Of a stretch of 24,000 bases of DNA, positions 7,550 through 17,266 are shown piece after piece. Every line of letters begins with the position of its first letter. Within the stretch, counting starts at the first letter, position 1. Made by a program: the position numbers and the translations under genes. The notes below the pieces were generated by a model, which saw only the letters and a list, made by a program, of their open reading frames with translations, made no database searches and was not told the DNA's origin. The DNA is taken from the NCBI GenBank assembly GCA_036270095.1, contig DATBDE010000048.1, positions 8,644 to 32,643 on the forward strand. The letters are read 5' to 3'. Origin of the DNA: Solirubrobacteraceae bacterium. Its GTDB lineage: Bacteria > Actinomycetota > Thermoleophilia > Solirubrobacterales > Solirubrobacteraceae.

Positions 7550-8320
7550 ATGAGCGTGCTGAAGAGCCTGGAAAGCCGACTCGCCGGCCTCGTGGAGGGC
7601 ACGTTCTCGCGCGCATTCCGCTCCGAGGTTCGCCCCGTCGAGATCGCGCGCAAACTCGCCCGCGAGATGGAGGAGCACAAGTCGATCTCCGTCTCGCGGG
7701 TATACGTGCCCAACGAGTACGCCGTGTACCTGTCGCCACAGGACCGCGAACGGTTCGAGGGCTACGAGGAGGCGTTGACCAAGGAGCTGGCGGGCTACCT
7801 GCTCGAGCACGCCCGCTCCGAGCGCTTCGCCCTCGTCTCGCGGCCTGTCGTGGAGTTCCGCACCGATGAGCGCCTCAACCTTGGAGAATTCGGCATCCAG
7901 GCCCGCCTCGTCCAGCCTCCCGAGAAGGAGGAGGTCGCGCCGCGCCAGGCCGAGCGCGGCAACACCATGATCTACTCGACCGCGGGCCGCGTCCGCGAGC
8001 CGCTGGAGGAGCGCACGGTGGCCCCGGAGCCGCGCCAGGGCACGCTGTTGCTCAACGGCCGGCGCATCGTGCTCGGGCCGGGGGGCGTGACGCTCGGGCG
8101 CTCGCGCGACTGCGAGATCGTCCTCGACGACGCCAACGTCTCGCGCAAGCACGCCGCGGTGCAGCCGCACGCCGCGTCCACCTACGGGTGGGCGGTGGCC
8201 GACCTCGGCTCGACCAACGGAACCAAGCTCAACGGCCGCCGCGTGGACGAGCCCACGCCCCTCGAGCCCGGCGACCGCATCGAGGTTGGGACCACGGAGC
8301 TTCGCTTCGAGCTGGAGTGA
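7550..8320 (+). CDS. fhaA: FhaA-like protein: DUF3662 N-terminal domain + C-terminal FHA domain
   Basis: MSVLKSLESRLAGLVEGTFSRAFRSEVRPVEIARKLAREME.. matches the FhaA N-domain. The C-terminal FHA motifs are LGRSRDCEIVLDDANVSRKHA..DLGSTNGTKLNG. Confidence 0.9.
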   Translation: MSVLKSLESRLAGLVEGTFSRAFRSEVRPVEIARKLAREMEEHKSISVSRVYVPNEYAVYLSPQDRERFEGYEEALTKELAGYLLEHARSERFALVSRPVVEFRTDERLNLGEFGIQARLVQPPEKEEVAPRQAERGNTMIYSTAGRVREPLEERTVAPEPRQGTLLLNGRRIVLGPGGVTLGRSRDCEIVLDDANVSRKHAAVQPHAASTYGWAVADLGSTNGTKLNGRRVDEPTPLEPGDRIEVGTTELRFELE

Positions 8321-8823
8321 CCGTGGCCGTCCTCGAGCCGGTCTCCGTCGGACTCAAGTTCGCCTTCTTGGTGGTGCTCTACCTGTTCCTGCTCTGGGTC
8401 GTGCGCTCGTCGCTGAAGGACCTGCGCCGCGACCCGCGCGCGCAGGCTGCGCAGAGCCGGCCCGCGCCCTCGGACGCCACCGCGCTGCACTCGGCCGCGG
8501 AAGGACTCGGCCCCGGGCGGATCGAAGAGACCGAGGCGCTGCTCCGCGTCGAGCAGGCACCCGGGCTCGAGTCCGGCGCGGCCTTCGACCTCGTCGGCGG
8601 CGCCGTGCTGGGGCGTGGCGACGCGGTCGACATCCACCTGGAGGATCCTTTCGCCTCGACCCATCACGCCCGCATCTCGTGGGAAGGGTCGACGGTCATG
8701 ATCGAGGACCTGGGGTCCACCAACGGCACCTACCTGAACGGCGACCCGCTCGACGGCCCGGCGCCCCTGCACGTGGGCGACCGGATCCGCATCGGCGACA
8801 GCGAGTTCTCCCTGGCCACCTAG
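8317..8823 (+). CDS. fhaB: FhaB/FipA-like membrane-anchored FHA-domain protein
   Basis: GTG 8317 overlaps the fhaA stop as GTGA; GTG 8323 is an alternative start. There is an N-terminal TM helix (GLKFAFLVVLYLFLLWVV), then the FHA motifs LGRGDAVDIHLEDPFASTHHARI..DLGSTNGTYLNG. Confidence 0.85.
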   Translation: MTVAVLEPVSVGLKFAFLVVLYLFLLWVVRSSLKDLRRDPRAQAAQSRPAPSDATALHSAAEGLGPGRIEETEALLRVEQAPGLESGAAFDLVGGAVLGRGDAVDIHLEDPFASTHHARISWEGSTVMIEDLGSTNGTYLNGDPLDGPAPLHVGDRIRIGDSEFSLAT

Positions 8824-10047
8824 ATGCTTCGCGTCGCCGACTACTTCGCCGACTCCGACACCGGGCGCGCCCGCCGGGCCAACGAGGACGCCTTCTACGC
8901 GCACGCGCCGGTGTTCGCGGTGGCCGATGGGATGGGTGGCGCGCAGGCAGGCGAGGTGGCGTCGCGCACCGTGGTTGACCGCTTGCGGCGCGGACTGCCC
9001 GACGGCGGCTCGCCCGAGGAGCGCCTGGCGCTGCTGGCCGAGGAGGCCAACGACCTCATCCACCGCAAGGCGGCCGAGGACGAGCAGCGTGCCGGCATGG
9101 GCACGACGCTGACCGCGGCCTACGTGGACGAGGATGCGGTGTCGTTTGGCCACGTGGGCGACTCGCGCGCCTACCTGTTCCGCGACGACAAGCTGCAGCA
9201 GCTCACCAACGACCACTCGCTCGTGGGCGAGATGGTCCGCCGCGGCAAGCTCACCGCCGAGCAGGCCGAGGAGCACCCGCAGCGCTCGATCATCACCCGC
9301 GCGCTCGGCCCCGAGCCCGTGGTCGAGGTCGACCACATGACGACGTTCGCGCGCGACGGCGACCTGTTCCTGCTCTGCTCGGACGGGCTGACGTCGATGA
9401 TCGGCGACGACGCGATCGAGCGGGTCCTGCGCGCGGGTCCCGACCTGGCGACCGCCGGCCACGCCCTCATCGACGCCGCCAACGCTGCGGGCGGGCGCGA
9501 CAACATCACGGTGATCCTGTTCCGGGTCGAGGACGTCGGTGGTCGCCGCCAGACCGACCAGGCCACGGTCGTGGGCGAGGACGCACCGCGGGCCGAGGAC
9601 GTGCGCGCCGCCGCCGCCGCCCAGGAGACCACCGCCACTGCCACGGTCGCCCCGCCGGAGACCACGACGCAGCCGGCGTCGCGGGCGCCCAAGCAGCCAC
9701 TCCCGCCCGGGGCCACCGCCCCGCCCCAGCGCCGGCGCAGGCGGCGGCTCCCGTTCGCGCTCGTGGCCGTCGTCGCCGTCGTCGCCGTCCTCCTCGTGGC
9801 CGGGTACTTGGCCAGTCGCGCCGTGTTCTTCGTCGGAACGGATTCCGACGGCGTCGTGACGATCTACCAAGGCCTCCCCTACGAGCTGCCCTTCGGGCTC
9901 AAGCTCTACGAGCGCTACTACAGCTCCGGCGTGGTGGCGGCGCAGGTGCCGAACAGCCGCCGGCGTACGCTGCTGGACAACGAGCTGCGCTCGCGCAGCG
10001 ATGCCACCGACCTGGTGCGCCAGCTCGAAACCGGGCAGCTTCGATGA
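8824..10047 (+). CDS. pstP: PP2C-family Ser/Thr phosphatase with a C-terminal TM helix and small ectodomain
   Basis: RANEDAF..VADGMGG..GTTLTA..GDSRAY..CSDGL..GGRDNITV are present, followed by a Pro-rich linker and a TM helix (FALVAVVAVVAVLLVAGYL). The ATG follows the fhaB TAG directly. Confidence 0.92.
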   Translation: MLRVADYFADSDTGRARRANEDAFYAHAPVFAVADGMGGAQAGEVASRTVVDRLRRGLPDGGSPEERLALLAEEANDLIHRKAAEDEQRAGMGTTLTAAYVDEDAVSFGHVGDSRAYLFRDDKLQQLTNDHSLVGEMVRRGKLTAEQAEEHPQRSIITRALGPEPVVEVDHMTTFARDGDLFLLCSDGLTSMIGDDAIERVLRAGPDLATAGHALIDAANAAGGRDNITVILFRVEDVGGRRQTDQATVVGEDAPRAEDVRAAAAAQETTATATVAPPETTTQPASRAPKQPLPPGATAPPQRRRRRRLPFALVAVVAVVAVLLVAGYLASRAVFFVGTDSDGVVTIYQGLPYELPFGLKLYERYYSSGVVAAQVPNSRRRTLLDNELRSRSDATDLVRQLETGQLR

Positions 10048-11351
10048 GCGCCCGCAACCGGGAGTTGTTCGGCCTGATCCCGGCCGCGCTGCTGCTGACC
10101 GGCGGCTTCGCCGCCGTGTTCATCCAGCAGCAGAACGTGCTGAGCGACGTCTCGCTCACCTACGGCGCGATCTTCCTCGGCCTGTGCCTGGCGGCGCACG
10201 TCTTCCTGCGCTTCACGCTGCCCAACGCGGACCCCTACCTGTTCCCGCTCGTCGCGCTGCTGGCTTGCTTCGGGCTCGTCGTCATCTACCGCATCGACGA
10301 CACGCTCGCGCGCGAGCAGGCGCAGTGGTTCGTGGTCGGGCTGATCGCGTTCGCGGCGGTGATCCTGTTCCTGCGCGACTACCGCGTGCTCGAGCGGTAC
10401 CGCTACACGATCGCCTTCATCGGGCTGGGGCTGCTGGTGCTGCCGCGCCTGCCCGGCATCGGCGCGCAGGTCAACGGCGCCTACCTGGGCATCAAGATCG
10501 GGCCGGTCACCTTCCAGCCCGCCGAGCTGGCGAAGATCTGCTTGGTCATCTTCGTGGCCTCCTACCTGCGCGACACGCGCCAGGTGCTCGTGCTCGGGGC
10601 GCGCCGGTTCATGGGCGTGACCATCCCGCCGCTCAAGCACTTCGGGCCGCTGCTGGTCATCTGGGGCGCGTCGATGCTCATGCTCGTCCTCATCCGCGAC
10701 CTGGGCTCGTCGCTGATGTTCTTCGGCGGCTTCCTGGCCATGCTCTACGTGGCCACCAACCGGGTCTCGTTCGTGCTCGTGGGTCTGATCCTGTTCGCGC
10801 TGGGGGCGTGGTTCCTGGGCAGCCACATCGGCCACGTGCACGACCGTGTGGAGACCTGGCTGGACCCGTTCCGGACCACGCTCTACAACAAGCCCGGCGG
10901 CAGCTACCAGATTGCACAGTCTCTGTTCGCCCAGGCCGACGGGGGGCTGATCGGCACCGGCTTCGGGCAGGCCTTGCTCAGCCTGCCCAACGGCACGCCG
11001 ATCCTGCCCGCCGCGCACACCGACCTCATCTACGCGGTCATCACGAACGAGCTCGGGCTCGCAGGCGCTTGCGGCGTGCTGCTCGTCTACCTGCTCTTCA
11101 CCGAGCGCGGGTTCAAGATCGCGACGCTCGCGCGCGACTCGTTCTCCAGCCTGCTGGCGACCGGCCTGACCGCGGTGCTCGCGCTGCAGGTCTTCGTGAT
11201 CGTGGGCGGAGTGACGAAGGTGATCCCGCTGACCGGCGTGACCTTGCCGTTCGTCTCCTATGGCGGCTCGTCCATCGTGGCCAACTTCATCCTGCTCGCG
11301 CTGCTGCTGCAGATCTCGGACCGCGCGCGGAGGGACCGGGCAGCCGGATGA
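10044..11351 (+). CDS. rodA: SEDS-family peptidoglycan glycosyltransferase (RodA/FtsW)
   Basis: 435-aa polytopic protein with SEDS motifs (..QPAELAKI.., ..LIRDLGS.., ..HTDLIYAVITNELGL.., ..GVTLPFVSYGGSS..). The start overlaps the pstP stop as ATGA. The rodA symbol is assigned by position within the fhaA-pknB type cluster. Confidence 0.88.
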   Translation: MSARNRELFGLIPAALLLTGGFAAVFIQQQNVLSDVSLTYGAIFLGLCLAAHVFLRFTLPNADPYLFPLVALLACFGLVVIYRIDDTLAREQAQWFVVGLIAFAAVILFLRDYRVLERYRYTIAFIGLGLLVLPRLPGIGAQVNGAYLGIKIGPVTFQPAELAKICLVIFVASYLRDTRQVLVLGARRFMGVTIPPLKHFGPLLVIWGASMLMLVLIRDLGSSLMFFGGFLAMLYVATNRVSFVLVGLILFALGAWFLGSHIGHVHDRVETWLDPFRTTLYNKPGGSYQIAQSLFAQADGGLIGTGFGQALLSLPNGTPILPAAHTDLIYAVITNELGLAGACGVLLVYLLFTERGFKIATLARDSFSSLLATGLTAVLALQVFVIVGGVTKVIPLTGVTLPFVSYGGSSIVANFILLALLLQISDRARRDRAAG

Positions 11352-11400
11352 TTCACGCGGCCTCCATCAGGCGAGCCCGGATGGCGAGCGGAGGCATCGC

Positions 11401-12840
11401 GTGAACACGCCGATCACCCGCCTGTTCGGGCTCGTCGTGTTGCTGTTCGCAGTCCTCGTGTTCGCGACCTCGTGGTGGACCGAGTTCGGCGCGCAGCGCC
11501 TGCGCGACAACCCGCTCAACCGGCGCCAGCTGCTCGAGGACGCCAAGGTCAAACGCGGGCGGATCCTCGCCGACGACGGCTCCGTCCTCGCGCGCTCGGT
11601 CAAGGCGCAGGGCGACACCTACACCCGCATCTACCCCTCGAACAGCTTCAGCCACGAGGTCGGCTACTCGTTCACCACCCTCGGGCGCGCCGGCCTGGAG
11701 GAGTCGCGCAACCCGGCGCTGACCGGCCAGGGCGGCGAGGTCGACACGCTCATCGACCAGCTCTCGGGGCGCAAGAAGGCCGGCGACGACGTGGTGACCA
11801 ACCTCGACCCGGCGGCGCAGAAGGTGGCGCTGGAGCAGCTCGCGGGGCGCAAGGGCTCGGTGGTGGCGATGGAGCCCGGGACCGGCAAGGTGCGGGTCAT
11901 GGCCTCGGTGCCGGGCTTCGACCAGAACCAGGTGCCCAAGCACTTCAAGCAGCTCAACCGGGACACGGACGCGCCGCTGCTGAACCGCTCGACCCAGGCC
12001 GGCTACCCGCCCGGCTCGACCTTCAAGGTGATCACCGCCACAGCGGCGCTCGACAGCGGCAAGTTCACTCAGGACTCAACCCTGAACGGCGACTCCGGGG
12101 TAGAGATCTCCGGCGTGCCGCTGGCCAACGACGGCGGGGAGGACTTCGGCCCGATCAACATGACCGACGCGCTCACGCACTCGGTCAACACGTACTGGGC
12201 GCAGATCGGCGAGAAGCTCGGCAAGGCGACCATGGCCAAGTACATGAACCTCTACGGCTTCGACCGCAAGCCGCCACTTGACTATCCGAACCCACAGAAG
12301 CGCGCGTCGGGTGAATACTCCAAGCGGGGGCGGTTGCTCCCCCCGACCTCGAATCAGGTGGACGTTGGACGCATGGCCATCGGCCAGGACAAGCTCGCGG
12401 TCACGCCGCTGCAGATGGCGGAGGTCGCCGCGACCATCGCCAACGGCGGCGTGCGGGTCAAGCCGCGCCTGACCAGCAAGGTCGTCGACCCGGACGGGCG
12501 CACGACGCAGCGCATCAACCCGCAGGACGTGACGCGGGTGATGAAAAAGTCGACAGCGGTGCAGCTGGCGCAGATGATGAGCAAGGTCGTCCAGGAAGGC
12601 ACCGGCACGGCGGCCGCGCTTGAAGGCATCGACGTGGCCGGTAAGACGGGAACGGCCGAGATCGACGTCGCCAACAACATCACCCAACCCTGGTTCATCG
12701 CCTTCGCCCCGGCGAAGAACCCGCGCATCGCGATCGCGGCCACGGTGGAGCGGTCGCAGGGCGGCTTCGGCGGCACCGTCGCGGCGCCGATCGCGAAGGC
12801 CGTGATGGAGCAGCTCCTGCAGGGGGGCTCTCAACAGTGA
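11401..12840 (+). CDS. pbpA: Class B penicillin-binding protein (transpeptidase), PbpA-like
   Basis: GTG 11401 is preceded by GGAGG (11390-11394, 6-nt spacer). There is an N-terminal TM helix, then the motifs SxxK (STFK), SxN (SVN) and KTGT. Confidence 0.9.
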   Translation: MNTPITRLFGLVVLLFAVLVFATSWWTEFGAQRLRDNPLNRRQLLEDAKVKRGRILADDGSVLARSVKAQGDTYTRIYPSNSFSHEVGYSFTTLGRAGLEESRNPALTGQGGEVDTLIDQLSGRKKAGDDVVTNLDPAAQKVALEQLAGRKGSVVAMEPGTGKVRVMASVPGFDQNQVPKHFKQLNRDTDAPLLNRSTQAGYPPGSTFKVITATAALDSGKFTQDSTLNGDSGVEISGVPLANDGGEDFGPINMTDALTHSVNTYWAQIGEKLGKATMAKYMNLYGFDRKPPLDYPNPQKRASGEYSKRGRLLPPTSNQVDVGRMAIGQDKLAVTPLQMAEVAATIANGGVRVKPRLTSKVVDPDGRTTQRINPQDVTRVMKKSTAVQLAQMMSKVVQEGTGTAAALEGIDVAGKTGTAEIDVANNITQPWFIAFAPAKNPRIAIAATVERSQGGFGGTVAAPIAKAVMEQLLQGGSQQ

Positions 12841-14750
12841 CCGACCCGCGCCTACGCGAGGCGATGGGCGAGCACGACGACGAGCTGATCGATGGGCGCT
12901 ACCGGTTGCTGCACCGCGTCGGGTCGGGCGGCATGGCCGACGTGTGGTGCGCCGAGGACATTCAGCTGGGGCGGCGGGTGGCGCTCAAGCTCCTGCACCG
13001 CCGCTTCGCCGAGGACCCCGAGTTCGTGGAGCGCTTCAAGCGCGAGGCCTCCAGCGCCGCCTCGCTCACCCATCCCAACGTCGTCTCGGTCTTCGATCGC
13101 GGCGAGTGGGAGGGCACCTACTACATCGCGATGGAGTACTTGGACGGGCGGCCGCTGAAGCAGATCATCCGCGAGGAGGCCCCGCTCGACCTGCTGTACG
13201 CGATCGACATGACGATCCAGATCCTGCGCGCCGGCCGTTTCGCCCACCAGCGCGGCGTCGTGCACCGCGACATCAAGCCCCACAACGTCATCGTCGACGC
13301 CGAGGGCCGGGCCAAGGTCACCGACTTCGGGATCGCCCGCGCCGGCGCGTCGGACATGACCGAGACCGGGTCGATCATGGGCACGGCCCAGTACCTGCCG
13401 CCCGAGCAGGCCCAGGGCCTCGCGGTCTCGCCGCAGTCCGACCTCTACGCGATCGGGATCGTCCTCTACGAGATGCTCACCGGCCGGGTGCCGTTCGACG
13501 GCGAGAGCGCCGTGACCATCGCGCTCAAGCAGGTGTCGGAGGCGCCGCTGCCGCCCTCGGCCTGGAACCCGGCGGTGCCGCCCGAGCTCGACGCGATCGT
13601 GCTGCGCGCGCTCGAGAAGGACCCGGCGGCTCGGTTCACCAGCGCCGACGAGTTCATCGCGGCGCTGCAGGCGGCTGCGGACCGGATCGCGAGCGGCGCG
13701 GCGCTGGGCCCGGGGACGGTGGCCTTCGGCGCGGTCGGGTCCGCCATCGCGCCGCCGCCGGCCGACGGCACCGGCTACGTGCCGCCCCAAGACGGCCAGC
13801 CCGGCGACCCGGAGGACGGGCGCAAGCCCAAGCGCTGGCCCTGGATCGTGGCCTCGATCGCGCTGCTGTGCATCGCCGCCGGCCTGATCTGGTTCGCGGC
13901 CGACGGCGGCTTTGACTCCAGCAAGCCCCAGGTGGTCGTGCCCAAGGTCGTCGGGCTGCAGGCGACCACGGCCCAGACCGTGCTGACACGCGCGGGCTTC
14001 CGCGCCGACATCCAGCGCTTCGTCAACAGCGCGCCGCCCGACCAGGTCTTCGGCCAGGACCCGGGCGCCGGGGTGAAGGCCGACAAGGGCGCGATCGTCA
14101 CGGTGCGGGTCTCGGAGGGTCCGGCGCAGAAGGTGGTGCCCGACGTCAACGACGACTCCGAGAAGGACGCCAAGAAGGCCCTCAAGCAGGAGGGCTTCAA
14201 GGTCAAGACGACCAAGCAGTTCTCCCAGACCGTGCCCGACGGCTCGGTGATCCGGACCATCCCCGGCGCGGGCGAGAAGGCCGACGCCGGCTCCGAGGTC
14301 ACCCTCGTGGTCTCCAAGGGCACGCAGCCGGTGGCGGTGCCCAACGTGGTCGGGCAGTCGCGCGACTCAGCCACCTCGACCCTGCAGGGCCAGGGCTTCG
14401 CCGTCGACGTCACCGAGCAGGAGTCCACCGACACCACCGCCGGAAACGTGATCAGCCAGAACCCGACCTCGGGGACGTCGGCGGGCAAGGGCTCGACCGT
14501 GACCATCACCGTGGCCAAGGCGCCGCCGCAGGCCGACGTGCCCGACGTGACCGGGCAGCGCCGCGGTCCCGCGACCTCGCAGCTGCGCGCGGCCGGGTTC
14601 AAGGTCGCCGTCAACGAGGAGCCGGTGCAGGACGACACCCAGGACGGGACCGTGGTCTCCCAGGACCCAGGCGCCGGCAAGGCTGCCCAGGGGGCGACGG
14701 TGACCATCACCATCGGCCGCTTCCAGACCCAGACGGGGCCCAACGGCTAG
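12837..14750 (+). CDS. pknB: Ser/Thr protein kinase PknB-type: kinase domain, TM helix, four PASTA repeats
   Basis: [30 protein letters not shown] and PPEQA are present, with a TM helix [20 protein letters not shown]. Four PASTA-like units run from about 13930 to 14720 (VPKVVGL.., VPDVNDD.., VPNVVGQ.., VPDVTGQ..). The GTG start overlaps the pbpA stop as GTGA. Confidence 0.93.
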   Translation: MTDPRLREAMGEHDDELIDGRYRLLHRVGSGGMADVWCAEDIQLGRRVALKLLHRRFAEDPEFVERFKREASSAASLTHPNVVSVFDRGEWEGTYYIAMEYLDGRPLKQIIREEAPLDLLYAIDMTIQILRAGRFAHQRGVVHRDIKPHNVIVDAEGRAKVTDFGIARAGASDMTETGSIMGTAQYLPPEQAQGLAVSPQSDLYAIGIVLYEMLTGRVPFDGESAVTIALKQVSEAPLPPSAWNPAVPPELDAIVLRALEKDPAARFTSADEFIAALQAAADRIASGAALGPGTVAFGAVGSAIAPPPADGTGYVPPQDGQPGDPEDGRKPKRWPWIVASIALLCIAAGLIWFAADGGFDSSKPQVVVPKVVGLQATTAQTVLTRAGFRADIQRFVNSAPPDQVFGQDPGAGVKADKGAIVTVRVSEGPAQKVVPDVNDDSEKDAKKALKQEGFKVKTTKQFSQTVPDGSVIRTIPGAGEKADAGSEVTLVVSKGTQPVAVPNVVGQSRDSATSTLQGQGFAVDVTEQESTDTTAGNVISQNPTSGTSAGKGSTVTITVAKAPPQADVPDVTGQRRGPATSQLRAAGFKVAVNEEPVQDDTQDGTVVSQDPGAGKAAQGATVTITIGRFQTQTGPNG

Positions 14751-14755
14751 CCCGC

Positions 14756-15739
14756 ATGCGCGCCGCGGTGGTGATGGGCGGGCGCTCGTCCGAGCACGAG
14801 ATCTCGATCGCCTCGGGCCAGTCGGTGGCGGCCGGGCTGCGCGCAAACGGCCATGAGGTCGTCGAGGTCGAGATCGACCGCGACGGCGTGTGGCGGGCCG
14901 GCGGTGACGAGGTCGCGGTGCGGCCGGCGCGCGGGCTCCTGGACTGCGACGTGGTCTTCCCGGTCTTGCACGGGCCGTTCGGTGAGGACGGCACCGTCCA
15001 GGGGCTGCTCGAGTGCCTGGACGTGCCCTACACCGGCTCCGATGTCGCCGCCAGCGCCCTGTGCATGGACAAGGTGCGCTTCAAAGACGCCATGGCCCAC
15101 GCCGGGCTGCCCCAGGTCGCCTACGTGGGCGTCAACCAGGCCACGCGGGCCGAGGATGTCGCCGGCATCGCCGCGCTCGGCTTCCCGTGCTGGGTCAAGC
15201 CGGCGCGGCTGGGCTCGTCGGTGGGGATCGTGCGGGTGGAGACGCCCGAGGGGATCGAGCCGGCGCTCGACGCCGCCTTCGCGCACGACCCGCGGGCGAT
15301 CGTCGAGGCCAGCGCGCCCGGGCGCGAGATCGAGTGCTCGATCCTGGGCCCTACCGACGCGCCCGAGGCCAGCCTGGCGGGCGAGATCCTGCTCGGCGGC
15401 GGCGAGGACGCCTGGTACGACTACGAGGCCAAGTACACGCCCGGCGGCATGGAGCTCGTCGTGCCGGCGCGGATCTCGGCCGCGGCCATCGAGCGCGTGC
15501 AGGCGCTGGCGCGCCGGGCGTTCGCCCTGGCCGGCTGCAGCGGCTTTGCGCGCGTCGACTTCTTCGTCGATGGCGAGGAGGTCAAGCTCAACGAGCTCAA
15601 CACGATCCCCGGGTTCACGGAGACCAGCGTTTTCGGGAAGCTGTGGGACGCCTCCGGCGTGTCGTATGCGGAGGTGCTCGAGCGTCTGGCCCGCTACGCC
15701 TCCGACCGGCGCGAGCAGGAGCACGCCTACCGCTTCTGA
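14756..15739 (+). CDS. ddl: D-alanine--D-alanine ligase
   Basis: MRAAVVMGGRSSEHEISIASG.., ..VFPVLHGPFGEDGTVQGLLE.., ..KPARLGSSVGI.., ..ARVDFF.., ..LNELNTIPGFT.. are present. The gene starts 5 nt after the pknB stop. Confidence 0.93.
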   Translation: MRAAVVMGGRSSEHEISIASGQSVAAGLRANGHEVVEVEIDRDGVWRAGGDEVAVRPARGLLDCDVVFPVLHGPFGEDGTVQGLLECLDVPYTGSDVAASALCMDKVRFKDAMAHAGLPQVAYVGVNQATRAEDVAGIAALGFPCWVKPARLGSSVGIVRVETPEGIEPALDAAFAHDPRAIVEASAPGREIECSILGPTDAPEASLAGEILLGGGEDAWYDYEAKYTPGGMELVVPARISAAAIERVQALARRAFALAGCSGFARVDFFVDGEEVKLNELNTIPGFTETSVFGKLWDASGVSYAEVLERLARYASDRREQEHAYRF

Positions 15740-15740
15740 G

Positions 15741-17246
15741 CTAGGACCCGTTCCGGTAGAGCGAGAGCTCGGAGACCTGCACGTGCTGCTGCTTGGGCGG
15801 CAGCGACGTGATCCAGAGCATGTAGTAGCGGTAGCGCTTGCCCCGGGTGCTGAACAGCCAGCGCTCCTTGGAGCCGCCGACGCTCCTGTTGGGGGCGAGC
15901 TGCGTCCAGCCCTTCAGGTTGCCGGGCCGGCCGCCGTTCGCGCCGTAGATCGAGGCCGCCCAGCCGCCGTGCGGCGTCGTGGCCTGCATGGCCGCCGCGG
16001 CCACGCCCGGGTTGGCGTCGACGTAGATGCCCACGCCGGGCTTGTTCATGGTCCCGCCCTGGTAGCTCTCGGTCGACCACGTCGTGGTCTTGTCGCGGTC
16101 GACGGCGAACGCGACCTGGTCGGAGTGCTCGACGCCGTCGCCCGGCGGCGGGTCGAAGGCGTGGGCGGAGTCGTCGGCCAGCGAGATCGGCTGCAGGCCC
16201 GGCGTCGGCGCCTCGGCCGGCGGCGGCCCGGTTCCGCGCTCGGTGTTCTGGCCCAGGCCGAACAGGATCACCGCGACGACGGCGGCGACGGCCAGCAGGG
16301 CGGCCACGAACAGCCAGGCCGGGTGGCGCAGGCGCAGCGGCAGGCGGCGGCGCTTGGGCTCGGGCAGCGTGCGCAGGACGCTCGTGGCCTCGGCCGTGGC
16401 CTGGCCGGCGCGGGCGGTCTCGACCGTGAGGGCATCCTCGAGGTCGATGTCGACCTCGTGCGCGGTCTGGTAGCGGCGCCCCAGGTCCTTGGCCGTGAGC
16501 CGCTCGACGATGGCCGCCGTCTGGGCCGAGGCCTGCGGGCGGCGCGCCTGTACGTCGGGGACGGCCTCGCGTACGTGCTTCATGGCCACGGCGACCTGGT
16601 TCTCGCCCCGGAACGGGACCTCGCCGGTGAGCATCTCGTAGAGCACGATCCCCAACGAGTAGAGGTCGGACTGGCCGGTGACCGCGTGGCCCAGGGCCTG
16701 CTCGGGCGAGACGTAGTCGGTGGTCCCGAGCACGCGCCCGTCGGCGGTCAGGCCCTCCTCCTCGAGCGAGCGGGCGATGCCGAAGTCGGTGACCTTGGCC
16801 GCGCCCTCGGGGTCGATGAGCACGTTCTGGGGCTTGACGTCCCGGTGCACGATCAGGGCGGCGTGGGCGGCGCCGAGCGCGCGCGAGATCTCGACCGCGT
16901 ACGCCAGCGACTCGTCGATGGGCAGGCGGCCACAGCGGCGGATGCGGTCCTTCAGCGTCTCCCCGCGGACGTACTCGAGGACGATATAGGGGCGCCCCTC
17001 GTCCTCGCCGGCGTCGATCACGCCGACGATGTGCGGGTGCGAGAGCTGGGCCACCGCCCGGGCTTCGCGGCGGAAGCGCTCGAGCTGGTCGGAGTCGGTC
17101 GCGATCTCGCGGTGCATGAGCTTGATCGCGACGTCGCGCTCGAGGGTCCCGTCGACGGCCCGGTAGACCGTCGACATGCCGCCAGCGCCGATCAGGGCCT
17201 CCAGCCGGTAGCGGCCGTCGAGTTCGGTGCCAACGAGGGTGCTCAT
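15741..17246 (-). CDS. Hanks-type Ser/Thr protein kinase with a TM helix and a C-terminal beta-sandwich (galactose-binding/discoidin-like, tentative) ectodomain
   Basis: The ATG at 17244-17246 gives MSTLVGTELDGRYRLEALIGAGGMSTVY. VAIKLM, HRDVKPQNV, DFGIAR and SPEQA are present, with TM helix AWLFVAALLAVAAVVAVILFGL. The ectodomain ends ..KRYRYYMLWITSLPPKQQHVQVSELSLYRNGS. The track ORF start at 17342 adds 32 non-kinase codons that overlap the divergent gene. Confidence 0.85.
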   Translation of the reverse strand: MSTLVGTELDGRYRLEALIGAGGMSTVYRAVDGTLERDVAIKLMHREIATDSDQLERFRREARAVAQLSHPHIVGVIDAGEDEGRPYIVLEYVRGETLKDRIRRCGRLPIDESLAYAVEISRALGAAHAALIVHRDVKPQNVLIDPEGAAKVTDFGIARSLEEEGLTADGRVLGTTDYVSPEQALGHAVTGQSDLYSLGIVLYEMLTGEVPFRGENQVAVAMKHVREAVPDVQARRPQASAQTAAIVERLTAKDLGRRYQTAHEVDIDLEDALTVETARAGQATAEATSVLRTLPEPKRRRLPLRLRHPAWLFVAALLAVAAVVAVILFGLGQNTERGTGPPPAEAPTPGLQPISLADDSAHAFDPPPGDGVEHSDQVAFAVDRDKTTTWSTESYQGGTMNKPGVGIYVDANPGVAAAAMQATTPHGGWAASIYGANGGRPGNLKGWTQLAPNRSVGGSKERWLFSTRGKRYRYYMLWITSLPPKQQHVQVSELSLYRNGS

Positions 17247-17266
17247 GCCTACGCGCCGTTCGTATT

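Noticed and set aside
5105-8170. 1021-aa ORF on the minus strand spanning the polytopic kinase and fhaA
   Set aside because: It is antisense to two genes with clear family motifs. Its composition is dominated by Arg/Gly/Ala/Pro/Asp with no recognisable domain. This is a typical stop-codon-poor shadow frame of high-GC DNA.
9766-9789. Tandem 9-bp repeat GCCGTCGTC (about 2.7 copies)
   Set aside because: It lies in frame inside pstP and encodes the VAVVAVVAV part of its TM helix. I read it as codon-level low complexity rather than a regulatory or hypervariable repeat.
8182-9870. 562-aa minus-strand ORF antisense to fhaB and pstP, with similar ORFs at 9918-11018, 12852-13790 and 22979-23995
   Set aside because: These are low-complexity Arg/Gly/Asp/His-rich translations opposite well-supported genes. 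I treat them as shadow ORFs.
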